Shown here: positions 52,432 through 64,000 of the stretch, one piece after another
Numbering within the stretch: the first letter of the stretch is position 1
Layout: every line of letters starts with the position of its first letter
Source of the DNA: Paraspadella gotoi
Taxonomy: Eukaryota; Animalia; Chaetognatha
Direction of reading: 5' to 3'
DNA: 64,000 nt
Assembly (NCBI GenBank): GCA_051294375.1
Contig: CM119266.1
Span: forward strand, 27,015,069 to 27,079,068
The notes under the pieces: model-generated
Databases searched by the model: none
What the model was told of the DNA's origin: nothing
Seen by the model: only the letters and a program-made list of their open reading frames with translations
Translations under genes and position numbers: made by a program

Positions 52432-52778
52432 ATGTTCATACCGACGATCTTATGCCCGGATTCCGGTGGGAAGGGATTCCGGAAAATCTGCCGGGACGTC
52501 AGATCGACGGCGAGAGACGGAAATCTCGGGCGTCGCGCCCACCTCGGCGAAAACGGAATCCGGCGATCGGAGAAGGTCGGCGACGCGCGGCGGACAAATG
52601 ACGCCGCCGAACGCCGCGCCCGACGCCCGAAAAACCGGAAAATGGCATTGGATGACGGCGCCGTCGTCAACGCGACGAAATGGGCGGCGTCGAAGATTTC
52701 GCGTCGGGTAGCGCCAAACCGACGGAGGGTAGATAGTAGAGAGAAGAGAGAGAGAGAGGTATGGAGATATAGAGAGGA

Positions 52779-52812
<34 letters not shown>

Positions 52813-52813
52813 G
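52432..52813 (+). other. CpG-rich segment, possible first exon of a gene divergent from plexin
   Basis: ATG in ACAACAATG context opens a frame through a CpG-dense block (52440-52730), with a consensus donor AAG|GTGAGT at 52814. The product is basic and low-complexity with no recognisable domain. Confidence 0.25.
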
Positions 52814-55800
52814 GTGAGTTGGACAGACAGACAGACAACAGGGAGATTGCGACCTTCTCGTGAGAAAGAGAAAGAACAAGAAGTCGACGGACATTTCTGA
52901 ACTCAGTGAACTCTGTTGGGATGATACATTGCAATACAGAGAATTCAGCTTACTTCAATTATGTATCGTTGTTTTAATGTCGTGAAACGAAATAATGATA
53001 AAAATAAAACCACGATGAGTTGGCTTCGTCATTTTATATATAATTTAATTCCGTACATTTGATTTAGTTATTCATAGAGAGAATTTGCATATACACCGCG
53101 ATGTTTATAAAATGATAAACAGAATAAGAGTGATTAGAATGGTAATTTTTGCGTTTTATCGTTTCTCATTTAAAAAAAGTTTCGGGATTTGAATCATAGA
53201 AATTATATAATTTTTATGGTTTGTAAGTCTAAAGGTTATAATTCGATATCTTATAATTATAATTTCCCCATCACCTTACCCGAATTATTTTACACGAGAA
53301 TTTCTTCGGAGACCGTCGGAAGTTGCAGAGTGTGAAGGACTTTCACCCTTCCCTTCGCCACCCGATTCAATATACCTCGCTCGTCTCTCGTAAATAAACA
53401 TCTTTCCCTGTTTTTTAATCGATCCACAATCGACCGCGCGCACTTCCGACCATCTCTCATTAACCCACGACCTGGCCCCGAGCCATTCCCACCAACAACC
53501 TTCCCACAACATCCGCCCACAACCCTTAGAGGTCCGGGACACCAAAGTTGCGACCTTACGCCACCTGCAGGATTTCATCGTTATTGAATGTGGCACGATC
53601 ATGGCAAGATCCTGACTTGATTCAATCATCCAGACTGCGAATCGAATCGTCTGTCGTCATCAAAAGAACGAAACGGTCAGGAGTGTCGAAGTTCGAGTTT
53701 AATCACCTACGGGATTGCCAGAGAGGAAAGAAAAGAGTTGACGCGAATTTACATGAGTTCTGCGGTAGCGTGAGTATCGTTATCTGATCCGATCAAGGAT
53801 CAAGAAGCATGGTCCGATGCCGTCGTCGTCCGTCGTCGTCATCTTTCTCCCACAATTATACCAACAATTCGTTCGCCTTTGTTCTCGCTTTTCTCCCCCA
53901 TTTGCTTTCGTGAAATTGTGCATCCGCTGCTTCCATTTAACTTCGTCAATGCAAGGACGAACGCTTGAGTACCGTTTCTTGTCATTTCGCTAAGCGCCAT
54001 TCATCATCCGTTGCGATCCGGATGAGCTCACATCATACGGCTCCGTACGATTCCAATCGGCGTCACGTAAGGTATATCGTCATCGGCCATGCTATACAGG
54101 TCAGCGGGCGCATCCAGAATAGAGTACACGTTAAACAATTTACAGAGCGTTTTCGGTTCGCCAGTACATAGAAAAACTCCGTAGGGCGCACAGCGAGCAC
54201 AAGAAAAGGATTGGTTAGTGTGACTACGTCGACGCTATATACTGAATTTGGCTGCGTGTCTGCACAATTGTTTTCGGCCATTTCGCGGTCATCAAAGATC
54301 GCATCATGTCAGGGGATCCGCCATTGTGAGTCATCATGCCAGTCAATGAACATAGGCGGGACTCGCATCCAATGGTCGCATCATCCAATCGACATCAAGC
54401 ATTCATGTGTTAATAATACATCAATACACCGCGCACTACGTGCAACTTGCTGCGCAAGAGAATCATCGTTCATTAAGGACTAGCTCAACATCGTCTGGAT
54501 CCGCATACGATCATTCAGAGTAGGGAAACAAGTAATTGCACCAGAAAAAAAAAAAGGTTCGATAATCGGGTGGGGGGATTCAGTCATGGGTGGTGTCAAA
54601 AACCCCATCTGCGACGACGCATGCATCGTTAGTCATCATTTCATTTCCTATCAATGTCATCATCATAACGGGTCTTATCTATCGTTATTTCGATTATTAT
54701 ACTAATTGCGGTTATTATTTATTTGTGTAAAGTTTTATGTGTTGAACGCCGGCAATCGTGAGAGGCATCTGCAAAACGCATCAATTATGAACGTCTCAAA
54801 GTTGTAAATAATAATCCCCAAATATATATCTCTCCCGATCGTATCAATATTATCCATTTGCATTTTCTCCATATATCGAGTCATTAAAATGATTCATACT
54901 CGCGGTATCGAAATAATCATTAATTGAGTATATACTATTGATATCTTCACGACTCTACTCTAAATATCGTATCAATCAAGAGACTTCGTCAGACTGGTGG
55001 ATGAAATATACGAATTAAGTGAAGTTGAACTATTCTTGGTGTTTCCGTCAGGTCTGCGTAGGATCTACTCATCTGACATCAGATGTTTAGCTGAATTGAG
55101 CTTTATAATTAAGACTATGTGTACGTTGTATAGTAATATGTATTAATTAATCAGTGTGTCTGAAACTAATTTGCTAATTGGTTTGTGTTTTGCTGAATCA
55201 AAACACTCGCTAATATTCAGTTTGGGAGCCATAAATGACATTTCCCAAGGATACGACAAAGAGAAGCGAAAAAAGTTACGATCCCGATTAATTTCGCGGG
55301 TACGAGAGAGTGAAGGATTGCATGTGTAACGTGCTCGCGTGAGGAGATTGCACAAGAAATTAAACAAGGTGAGTATTGAGCAGATAGTAATAATTAGCAT
55401 AATAGTTGATCTGGGATGAAAGATGAGAAGGGTAATAGGAGTAAAAAGGATTCGAATGCATTGAAAATGAGGACTATCAGTTCGATAGATATTGAGGGGT
55501 ATAATTTGAGGCAAGAAGGAAATTTTGAGAAGAGAAGAGAAGAGCATGAAAAGAGAAGAGAAGAGAAGTGGAGTCTCAGATATCAAAGCAGTCATCGGAA
55601 CGAAGGAAGAAGAGCCAAGAGACAGTAGCCCATGGAGAACAATAGTGAGTAATGTCGAAGGAAAAAGAGACGCAGGCGAACTGAAAATATCAGACATTCT
55701 GACCCATTCAAAGCCAATACTCCTCCTGTCCGAAAGGAAAGAGTTTGAGACGCACGTACTTTCTGATTACATCTATAGACCGTCAGAAAAATGTTACATC

Positions 55801-56695
55801 TACGAAGACCGACGCAGTCCAAAAAAATCTAAAATTGTGTAAATGTGAAAATGTGAAGCGACTACTTGTTCATCGTCGCTACTCCGACGCGAAGCTTCGG
55901 TTTATTGTGAGCTGTCGACAATAGTTTGTGTAATGCATCGTGCACTACACCGCACGAAAGTGCGAGAGATTCTCACCGTGACTTCCCGGCGAGAGTGAAT
56001 ATATGCAGATTCAACTCTCTCTTTCTGTCTCACCAGAGGAATCGTGAGAATATGGAAAAACATGAAAATAACAGTGTATTTACCACCGAAGTAATAGTCT
56101 AAAGGAATTTCCTTTTCCTTTCCCTTCCCCAGTACTGTCTCTAATGCTTTTGTAAAATGAGAATCTATTGGGCTCTGTCTTTTAAAATTGCTAGCTTTAG
56201 AGAATAGAGCTAGAAAACTTAAACTTCAGCCGCTGTTCTCGCCATGTTTCGAGTGCACTTGAGCAAGGAGCCTTGTGTTCTCTGAACACCTAGAACACTG
56301 AGACATAGTCTTGTTATAGTTTCTCTATGATCTCTCGCTATTACCGAGGTTACCATGTCAGAGGTTTCGCCAGGGCATTGAACTCCTGGCCTTCGCCTTG
56401 GGATGTGTTGCCATGGGATTTACATTTCCTTTCCTTCCTTCCTTCCTTCCTTTCCTGGTCGTGCTCCTTCCGATTCTCTTCTCTAAAATATCGCCTCTTC
56501 CTCATGTATACCCTCTATAATGTCCTAAAAGCTGTTTCAGGAGTCCTCCTCCTTCTCTTTTTCATTCTCCCTTCCCAATACCCCCTTTCTCCCTCTTCTC
56601 TTTCCCCCACTTCCCATCTCCTCTCCCTCCCTCCAAATCTATACTCTATCTACAATCTCCCTCTATGTTGATTGACTGTTATTCCTTTATTTCAG

Positions 56696-56936
56696 AACCC
56701 TGCTGCAGACCGGAAGAATCTGAAGGAGTCGCCCTACAATATCTATGCACTTGAAGCGCAGTGTTCTTGAACGTCGGGAGAAACAGCGGAACAACAATCC
56801 CGTGGCCGGACCACGGCGAGAAACAGACGACGGGAAGCGCCGTGCGGCGGGCAAGTTAACGAGGACGCGCTCCACGTTCCGAATTCGGACTACTACTCTC
56901 GTGCCTCTGATAAGAAGTCTCGACCAGCAACACATG
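56696..56936 (+). other. Possible internal exon of an unidentified plus-strand gene, with a broken reading frame
   Basis: Strong acceptor TTATTCCTTTATTTCAG|, donor ATG|GTCAGT, and high-complexity GC-rich sequence resembling the plexin exons in composition. No frame is open throughout. Fragments read ...LKESPYNIYALEAQ and ...CGGQVNEDALHVPNSDYYSR. No family recognised. Confidence 0.3.
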
Positions 56937-57006
56937 GTCAGTGGGTGTGTGTTGGGGGAGTGAGGCACGGAGGCCTTCCCCCCTCCTTCTTCTCTCTCTC
57001 TCTCTG

Positions 57007-57043
<37 letters not shown>

Positions 57044-57156
57044 GCGTATCGATCCGATATAAATCAATAAAACTGAAAGAAAAAAAAAGTCGAAACAAGG
57101 AATTTTTTTAATTATAAAAAAAAAAAAGCTAAGCCCTCGCTGCGGGTGGTGGCGAC

Positions 57157-57192
<36 letters not shown>

Positions 57193-58498
57193 TAGTTAGT
57201 CGTTAACAACGATCCAGAGAGAAAGAAAATGAGACAGAGAGAGAGAGAGAGAAGACAAAATGAGCCCCAATTATACATCTTCTCTTTCTCCCCATTGCGA
57301 AGTGGCTCCGTCATTTAAATGCTAAGACGAACGCTTAACGTTTTGTCATTTCGCTAAGCGCCTCGTGCGGACGAGCTCAAGCAACAGCGTCACGAGACGT
57401 CGGCTTCCGGTCGAGGAATAAAAAAAAGGTTTCGGCGCCGGAGAAAAAAGTCTTGGCGCCGCAAAGGTTTGTTATGGCGCTAACTGAATGGACTGTCGCC
57501 TTGCGGAAGGCGAGGACGCCATTGTGAGATTGCGTCAGAAAAAGACGCCATGGCGCAAAATGGGAAAAAAACCGCGTTGACGCAAGAGATAGAAAGACGC
57601 CGTGACGCAAGATCGAGAGGAAAAAAGTAATGACACAGAAAGCGGCGCCTTGAGACGAGTTTTCCGATAACGGCTTCTTCTTTTTTTTCTTTGGTTTTTT
57701 TATTTTAAGTTTTATGTGAGAGCGACATCTGCACCAATAATGTCAAAGTGAAAACAAAATATATCTCCGAGATCAAATCATGTTTTTCCAATCGGCTAAA
57801 GTCAACTCGGGTCGAGTAATGGATATTCTTGATCCGCTAAAGAATAAACAGACTGGTTGGATGATAAACGATTAAGTTGGAAGATTGAATTATTCTTTGG
57901 TATATATACGTTTTTGTGAGTAAATTAAGTATCGTTTGAAGATTAAACGTCGAGGTTGGATATTTAAAACGCTTTGTTGGACTATCTTTCCGGTCGAAAA
58001 AGAAAAAATAAATTGATTGGTGAAAAGATATGGTTGGAAAATTGAAAGTTGACTGTAATATTACTAGTTCTGGTTGAAAGATTGAGGTTATGATAGAAGG
58101 ATTCGAATATTAATTGGACTTCATTCTAAATTGAGGTTTTTGGCAAGAGAATTTGAGGTCCATATCGAGCATCTCGACGGACGTCCGGACTTTTTCAAAC
58201 CGGATCGACTGACATCGCTCGGCAATCGCGAAACAAAGTCACGAAGGGCGATCTAATTGGATTTCCTCGACCCAGTGAGAAAATCTCCCCAAAACTCGGT
58301 TGGACGTCGCAAAGGGAAAAGTTTTTTCCCCAAAAAAAAGATCGATGCTCTTTTTTTTTAAATGTTTTTCGAAAATTGAGAAAAAACTACGTCGGTTTTA
58401 CGGCGATGTAAACAAACATCTTTTGTTTTTTAACGCAGGAGTTTCGCCAGACGCCGGGAGGGGGGGCGGCGATAAAATCGCGAAACCTTTGTAAAGCG

Positions 58499-58531
<33 letters not shown>

Positions 58532-60598
58532 NNNNNNNNNNNNNNNNNNNNNNNNNNNNNNNNNNNNNNNNNNNNNNNNNNNNNNNNNNNNNNNNNNNNN
58601 NNNNNNNNNNNNNNNNNNNNNNNNNNNNNNNNNNNNNNNNNNNNNNNNNNNNNNNNNNNNNNNNNNNNNNNNNNNNNNNNNNNNNNNNNNNNNNNNNNNN
58701 NNNNNNNNNNNNNNNNNNNNNNNNNNNNNNNNNNNNNNNNNNNNNNNNNNNNNNNNNNNNNNNNNNNNNNNNNNNNNNNNNNNNNNNNNNNNNNNNNNNN
58801 NNNNNNNNNNNNNNNNNAAAAAAAGCTAAGCCCCTTGTTTCGACGAAGCGATGAACTCTGGAGTTATTTTATATAAAAAAAAGTATAAAAAAAGAAAGGA
58901 TTAAAGGAAGGAAGATAATGTTTCGTGAGAATAATTAATAAACTGAGCAAAAGGAAAGTCGTGTAACGTTTCGACAAAATAATTAATTACGTTTAATTGG
59001 CTGTGAGTTCGTCGTCGAATTAAATTAAATACTCTCCGCCAAATATTTTTTTTAATAATTTTTTTTTCTCTCTAGAAATTAAATTTGAATAGATTTGGTT
59101 AAGTTTTAACATATCAAGAATCAATAAAAATGTGAGAGCGGCAAAATATTAACGCGATAAACCATCGCGAAAATAAGGTTTCAAACATAAAACGCTATAT
59201 ATCAATTTTTTTTACCATTAAAATGGAAGAATTTGACAAATGTTTAACGCAATTTTTTTTCTTAGTTGAAAAAAATATATTTCGCGGAATATTTTTTTTT
59301 CTTCCACGATTTTCGATTCTCCAGAAAATTGATAGCGATAGGGGGNNNNNNNNNNNNNNNNNNNNNNNNNNNNNNNNNNNNNNNNNNNNNNNNNNNNNNN
59401 NNNNNNNNNNNNNNNNNNNNNNNNNNNNNNNNNNNNNNNNNNNNNNNNNNNNNNNNNNNNNNNNNNNNNGAGATTCGATCCGGAATCTGGGAAAGATAAA
59501 CGGAGAAATCTTTTTTTTCATTTCTTATTCGCAGCAACAAACAGAAATCTTCGGCTGTTTTACTTTTAGTGGAGAGAACGACTCCTCGTCCCCGCTTTTC
59601 AATACGAGTCGGTGAGCATCATTCAGACCCTTAATCTTTCATCGCTCATTGAATCTTTCATCGTTTATTTCATTTTTTATCTTTGTTAACCGTTGATTAC
59701 AAATTTGTCTTTGTTTTGAATATATTCGTCTTTGATTTAATTCATATATTCAATGAATCTATGCATTTATGCGTCAAATCAATATTGAATAAAAGTTTTA
59801 TCAACGATTATGTGTTTCAACAGGTTTTTTTTTTAATTTTGGACTCTTTTAAATATTTTTAATTAGTCGAATCTTTCATAATTTGAATCTATTATTTGTT
59901 TTTATGTTTTATTTTACGAAGGATCTTTCATTATTCTAACATTATCTTTCTTTAAGATTATAATACATACATTCTTCTACCATTGTCAAAGTCTTTAGCC
60001 AAGTTTCAAACTGCCATCGAAGTATTTTGTTTATCATTCCCAGTCTGTCATTCTATCCGCCTCATCTCATCTCATCTCATCTGTCATTCTATCCGTTTCA
60101 TCTCATCATTCCGTCAATATTCAAAATTTTCATCAGTTTTTTTTTCCCCCCGATTATTTCATATCCGCCCGGAGCCGCCCGGGAAACTTTTTCCCTTTCG
60201 CCCTCGAAGAAAAACGAATGTCTTTCGAGGATGAAGATTACGAGTTCGAACCCTGGGCAGGCAAGATATCGGGTCGAAATTTCAATATTATCTTGAATGG
60301 AGTTTTCAAGTCAAAATAATAATTTAAATTAATTTGTAAGTTCTCTACAGTAGTTAAGTTACGTCTGTAGGTAACTTTTAACTCAATTTTAAACTTTTGA
60401 GTTAGCTTTTACTTTCGCGCTTTTAAATGCTTATTTCGCGGAAAAATAGTATTTGTGAAAGAGATCTTGTGACTTTTGCCATTTCTGAAGCGATTTTTGA
60501 AAGTGAGGCCCACTCAAGAGTTAACTTTTGAAGGCTTGAGTCGCAACCTCAATCAAACGAAGGCTTCACACGACAGAGAAGTGAAAAGGAAAGACGCT

Positions 60599-60634
<36 letters not shown>

Positions 60635-60827
60635 NNNNNNNNNNNNNNNNNNNNNNNNNNNNNNNNNNNNNNNNNNNNNNNNNNNNNNNNNNNNNNNNNN
60701 NNNNNNNNNNNNNNNNNNNNNNNNNNNNNNNNNNNNNNNNNNNNNNNNNNNNNNNNNNNNNNNNNNNNNNNNNNNNNNNNNNNNNNNNNNNNNNNNNNNN
60801 NNNNNNNNNNNNNNNNNNNNNNNNNNN

Positions 60828-60862
<35 letters not shown>

Positions 60863-61476
60863 CAAACTTTTCTACTTATTTTGCTTAAATTTCGATTTTC
60901 TTGAGATTTTTTTTATTTGGAGAGAGAGAGAGAGAGAGTGAAAGAGAAATATTCCCGAGAAATTTTGGTTTATTTTTCTCCAAACTTTTTTTCGTCTTTT
61001 TTTTCTGTGAAAAATGTAAATATAATGAAGTCGAGATTCGTAAGAAAAAAGCGACGTTTAAATACGAATTAATTCGGCGCCAAAATAAGAAACTTTTTGT
61101 TTATTTTTTTAATAATAAGTTTAACACAAACGACACGAGTTTAATTTTTTATCTTCTCTCTTTTCAATTTACACGAGTTGAGAGCAGAAGAGAAAAAATT
61201 TTTCGTCAGCTTTGAGGTGCGTCAGGAGGAGGAGGAGAAGGAGGAGGAGGAAGAGGAGGAAGANNNNNNNNNNNNNNNNNNNNNNNNNNNNNNNNNNNNN
61301 NNNNNNNNNNNNNNNNNNNNNNNNNNNNNNNNNNNNNNNNNNNNNNNNNNNNNNNNNNNNNNNNNNNNNNNNNNNNNNNNNNNNNNNNNNNNNNNNNNNN
61401 NNNNNNNNNNNNNNNNNNNNNNNNNNNNNNNNNNNNNNNNNNNNNNNNNNNNNNNNNNNNNNNNNNNNNNNNNNNN

Positions 61477-61508
<32 letters not shown>

Positions 61509-62412
61509 AGAAAGGGAATAAACGGAGGGCAAACTCTGAAGGAAGGAGAAAGACTATTATGCCAGTAAAGATAAAGAAGGAAGGAAAAAAGAATCGGGAT
61601 TAGGAAATAAGGAACTTTGAAAGAACCTTGGTCGAACCGAAGAAAAAGATATAGCGATGAAGCTTAATTTCTTTTTACGGTGTTTTCCTTTATTTTTTTG
61701 TTGTGGTTGTGTTTTTTTTTTGTTTTGTCTCTTGGAATATCATGGGTTTTGATAACTGGGGAATAAGCTGGGTACGGGGCCTCGGAGAGAGTAGGATAAG
61801 AGAGAGTAAAGGAGACGAAAAGAGGGAGAGTTGGGGCNNNNNNNNNNNNNNNNNNNNNNNNNNNNNNNNNNNNNNNNNNNNNNNNNNNNNNNNNNNNNNN
61901 NNNNNNNNNNNNNNNNNNNNNNNNNNNNNNNNNNNNNNNNNNNNNNNNNNNNNNNNNNNNNNNNNNNNNNNNNNNNNNNNNNNNNNNNNNNNNNNNNNNN
62001 NNNNNNNNNNNNNNNNNNNNNNNNNNNNNNNNNNNNNNNNNNNNNNNNNNNNNNNNNNNNNNNNNNNNAAAAAAAGAAAAACTGCACGCGGAATTGAATA
62101 GAATTGAAAGAAAAAGCGAAAAGTAAAACCACGAGTTGGAATCAAAGAGAGAAAAAAAAGGGTTTAATTTTGTGTGATCCTCCCTCAAAATCTGCGTCCG
62201 TCTTTTTCTCTTTCTTTTCATTTCTTTTTCTCTTGCCTTTTCTTTCTTTCTTTCTTTTTTTCTTTCTTTCTTTTTTTTTCTTTTTTTTTCTTTCCTTCTT
62301 TCTTTCCTTCTTTCTTTCCTCTGAGTTTCATTTTTTGGTATTTCTTCCTTTCGTCCTTTTCCCACTCGATCACGCTGTCCTTCACTTTCATTCTTTACAC
62401 TTTCTTTCTTCC

Positions 62413-62615
62413 CACTTTCTCCTTCCTTTCTCTTTCCACTTGCACCCTTTCCCCTTTCTCCTTCCTTTCTCTTTCCACTTTCACCCTTTCCACTTTCTCC
62501 TTCCTTTCTCTTTCCACTTTCACCCTTTTCACTTTCTCCTTCCTTTCTCTTTCAACTTTCACCCTTTCAACTTTTTCCTTCCTTTCTCTTTCCACTTTCA
62601 CCCTTTCCACTTTCT
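62413..62615. repeat. Minisatellite, 39-bp pyrimidine-rich unit x~5, running towards a gap
   Basis: CACTTTCTCCTTCCTTTCTCTTTCCACTTTCACCCTTTC tandem array. Confidence 0.9.
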
Positions 62616-64000
62616 GTCGCCATTTCTCTCTTCTCTCTGNNNNNNNNNNNNNNNNNNNNNNNNNNNNNNNNNNNNNNNNNNNNNNNNNNNNNNNNNNNNN
62701 NNNNNNNNNNNNNNNNNNNNNNNNNNNNNNNNNNNNNNNNNNNNNNNNNNNNNNNNNNNNNNNNNNNNNNNNNNNNNNNNNNNNNNNNNNNNNNNNNNNN
62801 NNNNNNNNNNNNNNNNNNNNNNNNNNNNNNNNNNNNNNNNNNNNNNNNNNNNNNNNNNNNNNNNNNNNNNNNNNNNNNNNNNNNNNNNNNNNNNNNNNNN
62901 NNNNNNNNNNNNNNNNNNNNNNNNNNNNNNNNNNNNNNNNNNNNNNNNNNNNNNNNNNNNNNNNNNNNNNNNNNNNNNNNNNNNNNNNNNNNNNNNNNNN
63001 NNNNNNNNNNNNNNNNNNNNNNNNNNNNNNNNNNNNNNNNNNNNNNNNNNNNNNNNNNNNNNNNNNNNNNNNNNNNNNNNNNNNNNNNNNNNNNNNNNNN
63101 NNNNNNNNNNNNNNNNNNNNNNNNNNNNNNNNNNNNNNNNNNNNNNNNNNNNNNNNNNNNNNNNNNNNNNNNNNNNNNNNNNNNNNNNNNNNNNNNNNNN
63201 NNNNNNNNNNNNNNNNNNNNNNNNNNNNNNNNNNNNNNNNNNNNNNNNNNNNNNNNNNNNNNNNNNNNNNNNNNNNNNNNNNNNNNNNNNNNNNNNNNNN
63301 NNNNNNNNNNNNNNNNNNNNNNNNNNNNNNNNNNNNNNNNNNNNNNNNTGAATAAAAAATAAAACAAATTTAAAAATTAAACGATATTCTTAAAAGGATC
63401 CGCCATTCACACTCAGGTCCGCAGGCCAGTCGGGTTTTCACTTTTTCACGTTTTTGGTTTTCGTCGGAATCGGTGAACCGCGGGGATCGTGAGCCGAGGC
63501 CAGACCCGTCGCCGTGAACCGAATCCGCGCGGGGCAATTCGAGGGGCAGATTTTTCCGGGCCTCAATCGGGGGCTTTTTCTTTAAGAGGTGTGGGTAGTC
63601 CGCGGGGGGGGGNNNNNNNNNNNNNNNNNNNNNNNNNNNNNNNNNNNNNNNNNNNNNNNNNNNNNNNNNNNNNNNNNNNNNNNNNNNNNNNNNNNNNNNN
63701 NNNNNNNTTAAGAAAGAGAGGCTGAACATGTCGTAAGGGCTTTTTTTGGCTGAAAAAACATTCAGAGTTTTATTTTTATTTTTATTTTTATGAAGACGAA
63801 AACTCTGACCCTGAGGGGTGAACACTGAACGGTGAACAGAGAAGAGAGAAAAGAGTTTACTTTTCTATTTCATAAGATATGATCAGTTTGATTCTAAACA
63901 TTTACTGTATTTATGTAGAATACACCATTTGGGTAAATAACCCGCTTTTGTTTTTAAAATAGACTCATCAATTACTCGAAGTGACGCAAGAATCTCTCTC

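Noticed and set aside
53285-55842. High-complexity region as an LTR/LINE or viral insertion
   Set aside because: No RT, integrase, gag or transposase motifs in the ORFs, and most of it is explained as a stretched copy of 57.3-58.2 kb.

Overview
This window is animal (invertebrate-like) genomic DNA from a gapped draft assembly, dominated by (AG/CT)n microsatellites, long polypurine tracts, minisatellites and N gaps. Nearly all ORFs in the track are low-complexity artefacts. The one well-supported gene is the 5' part of a minus-strand Plexin (closest to invertebrate Plexin-A by motif). I can trace four coding exons: 41553-40875, 32041-31810, 24357-24198 and 17475-17396. They encode an unusually long N-terminal extension, a signal peptide and the start of the Sema domain, and are separated by 6.7-8.8 kb introns. 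The exon 1/2 junction is off by one base, and exon 4 occurs twice across a 25-N gap. Other features are two DINE-1/Helentron-like non-autonomous elements, two AT-rich foldback palindromes, a telomere-like repeat tract, a dispersed repeat pair and several duplications next to gaps. A striking 'stretched' copy of 57.3-58.2 kb, about twice as long, lies at 53.9-55.6 kb and is most likely a long-read artefact. I found no CRISPR array, rRNA, tRNA or autonomous transposase/RT, and no evidence I can support for a new biological system.
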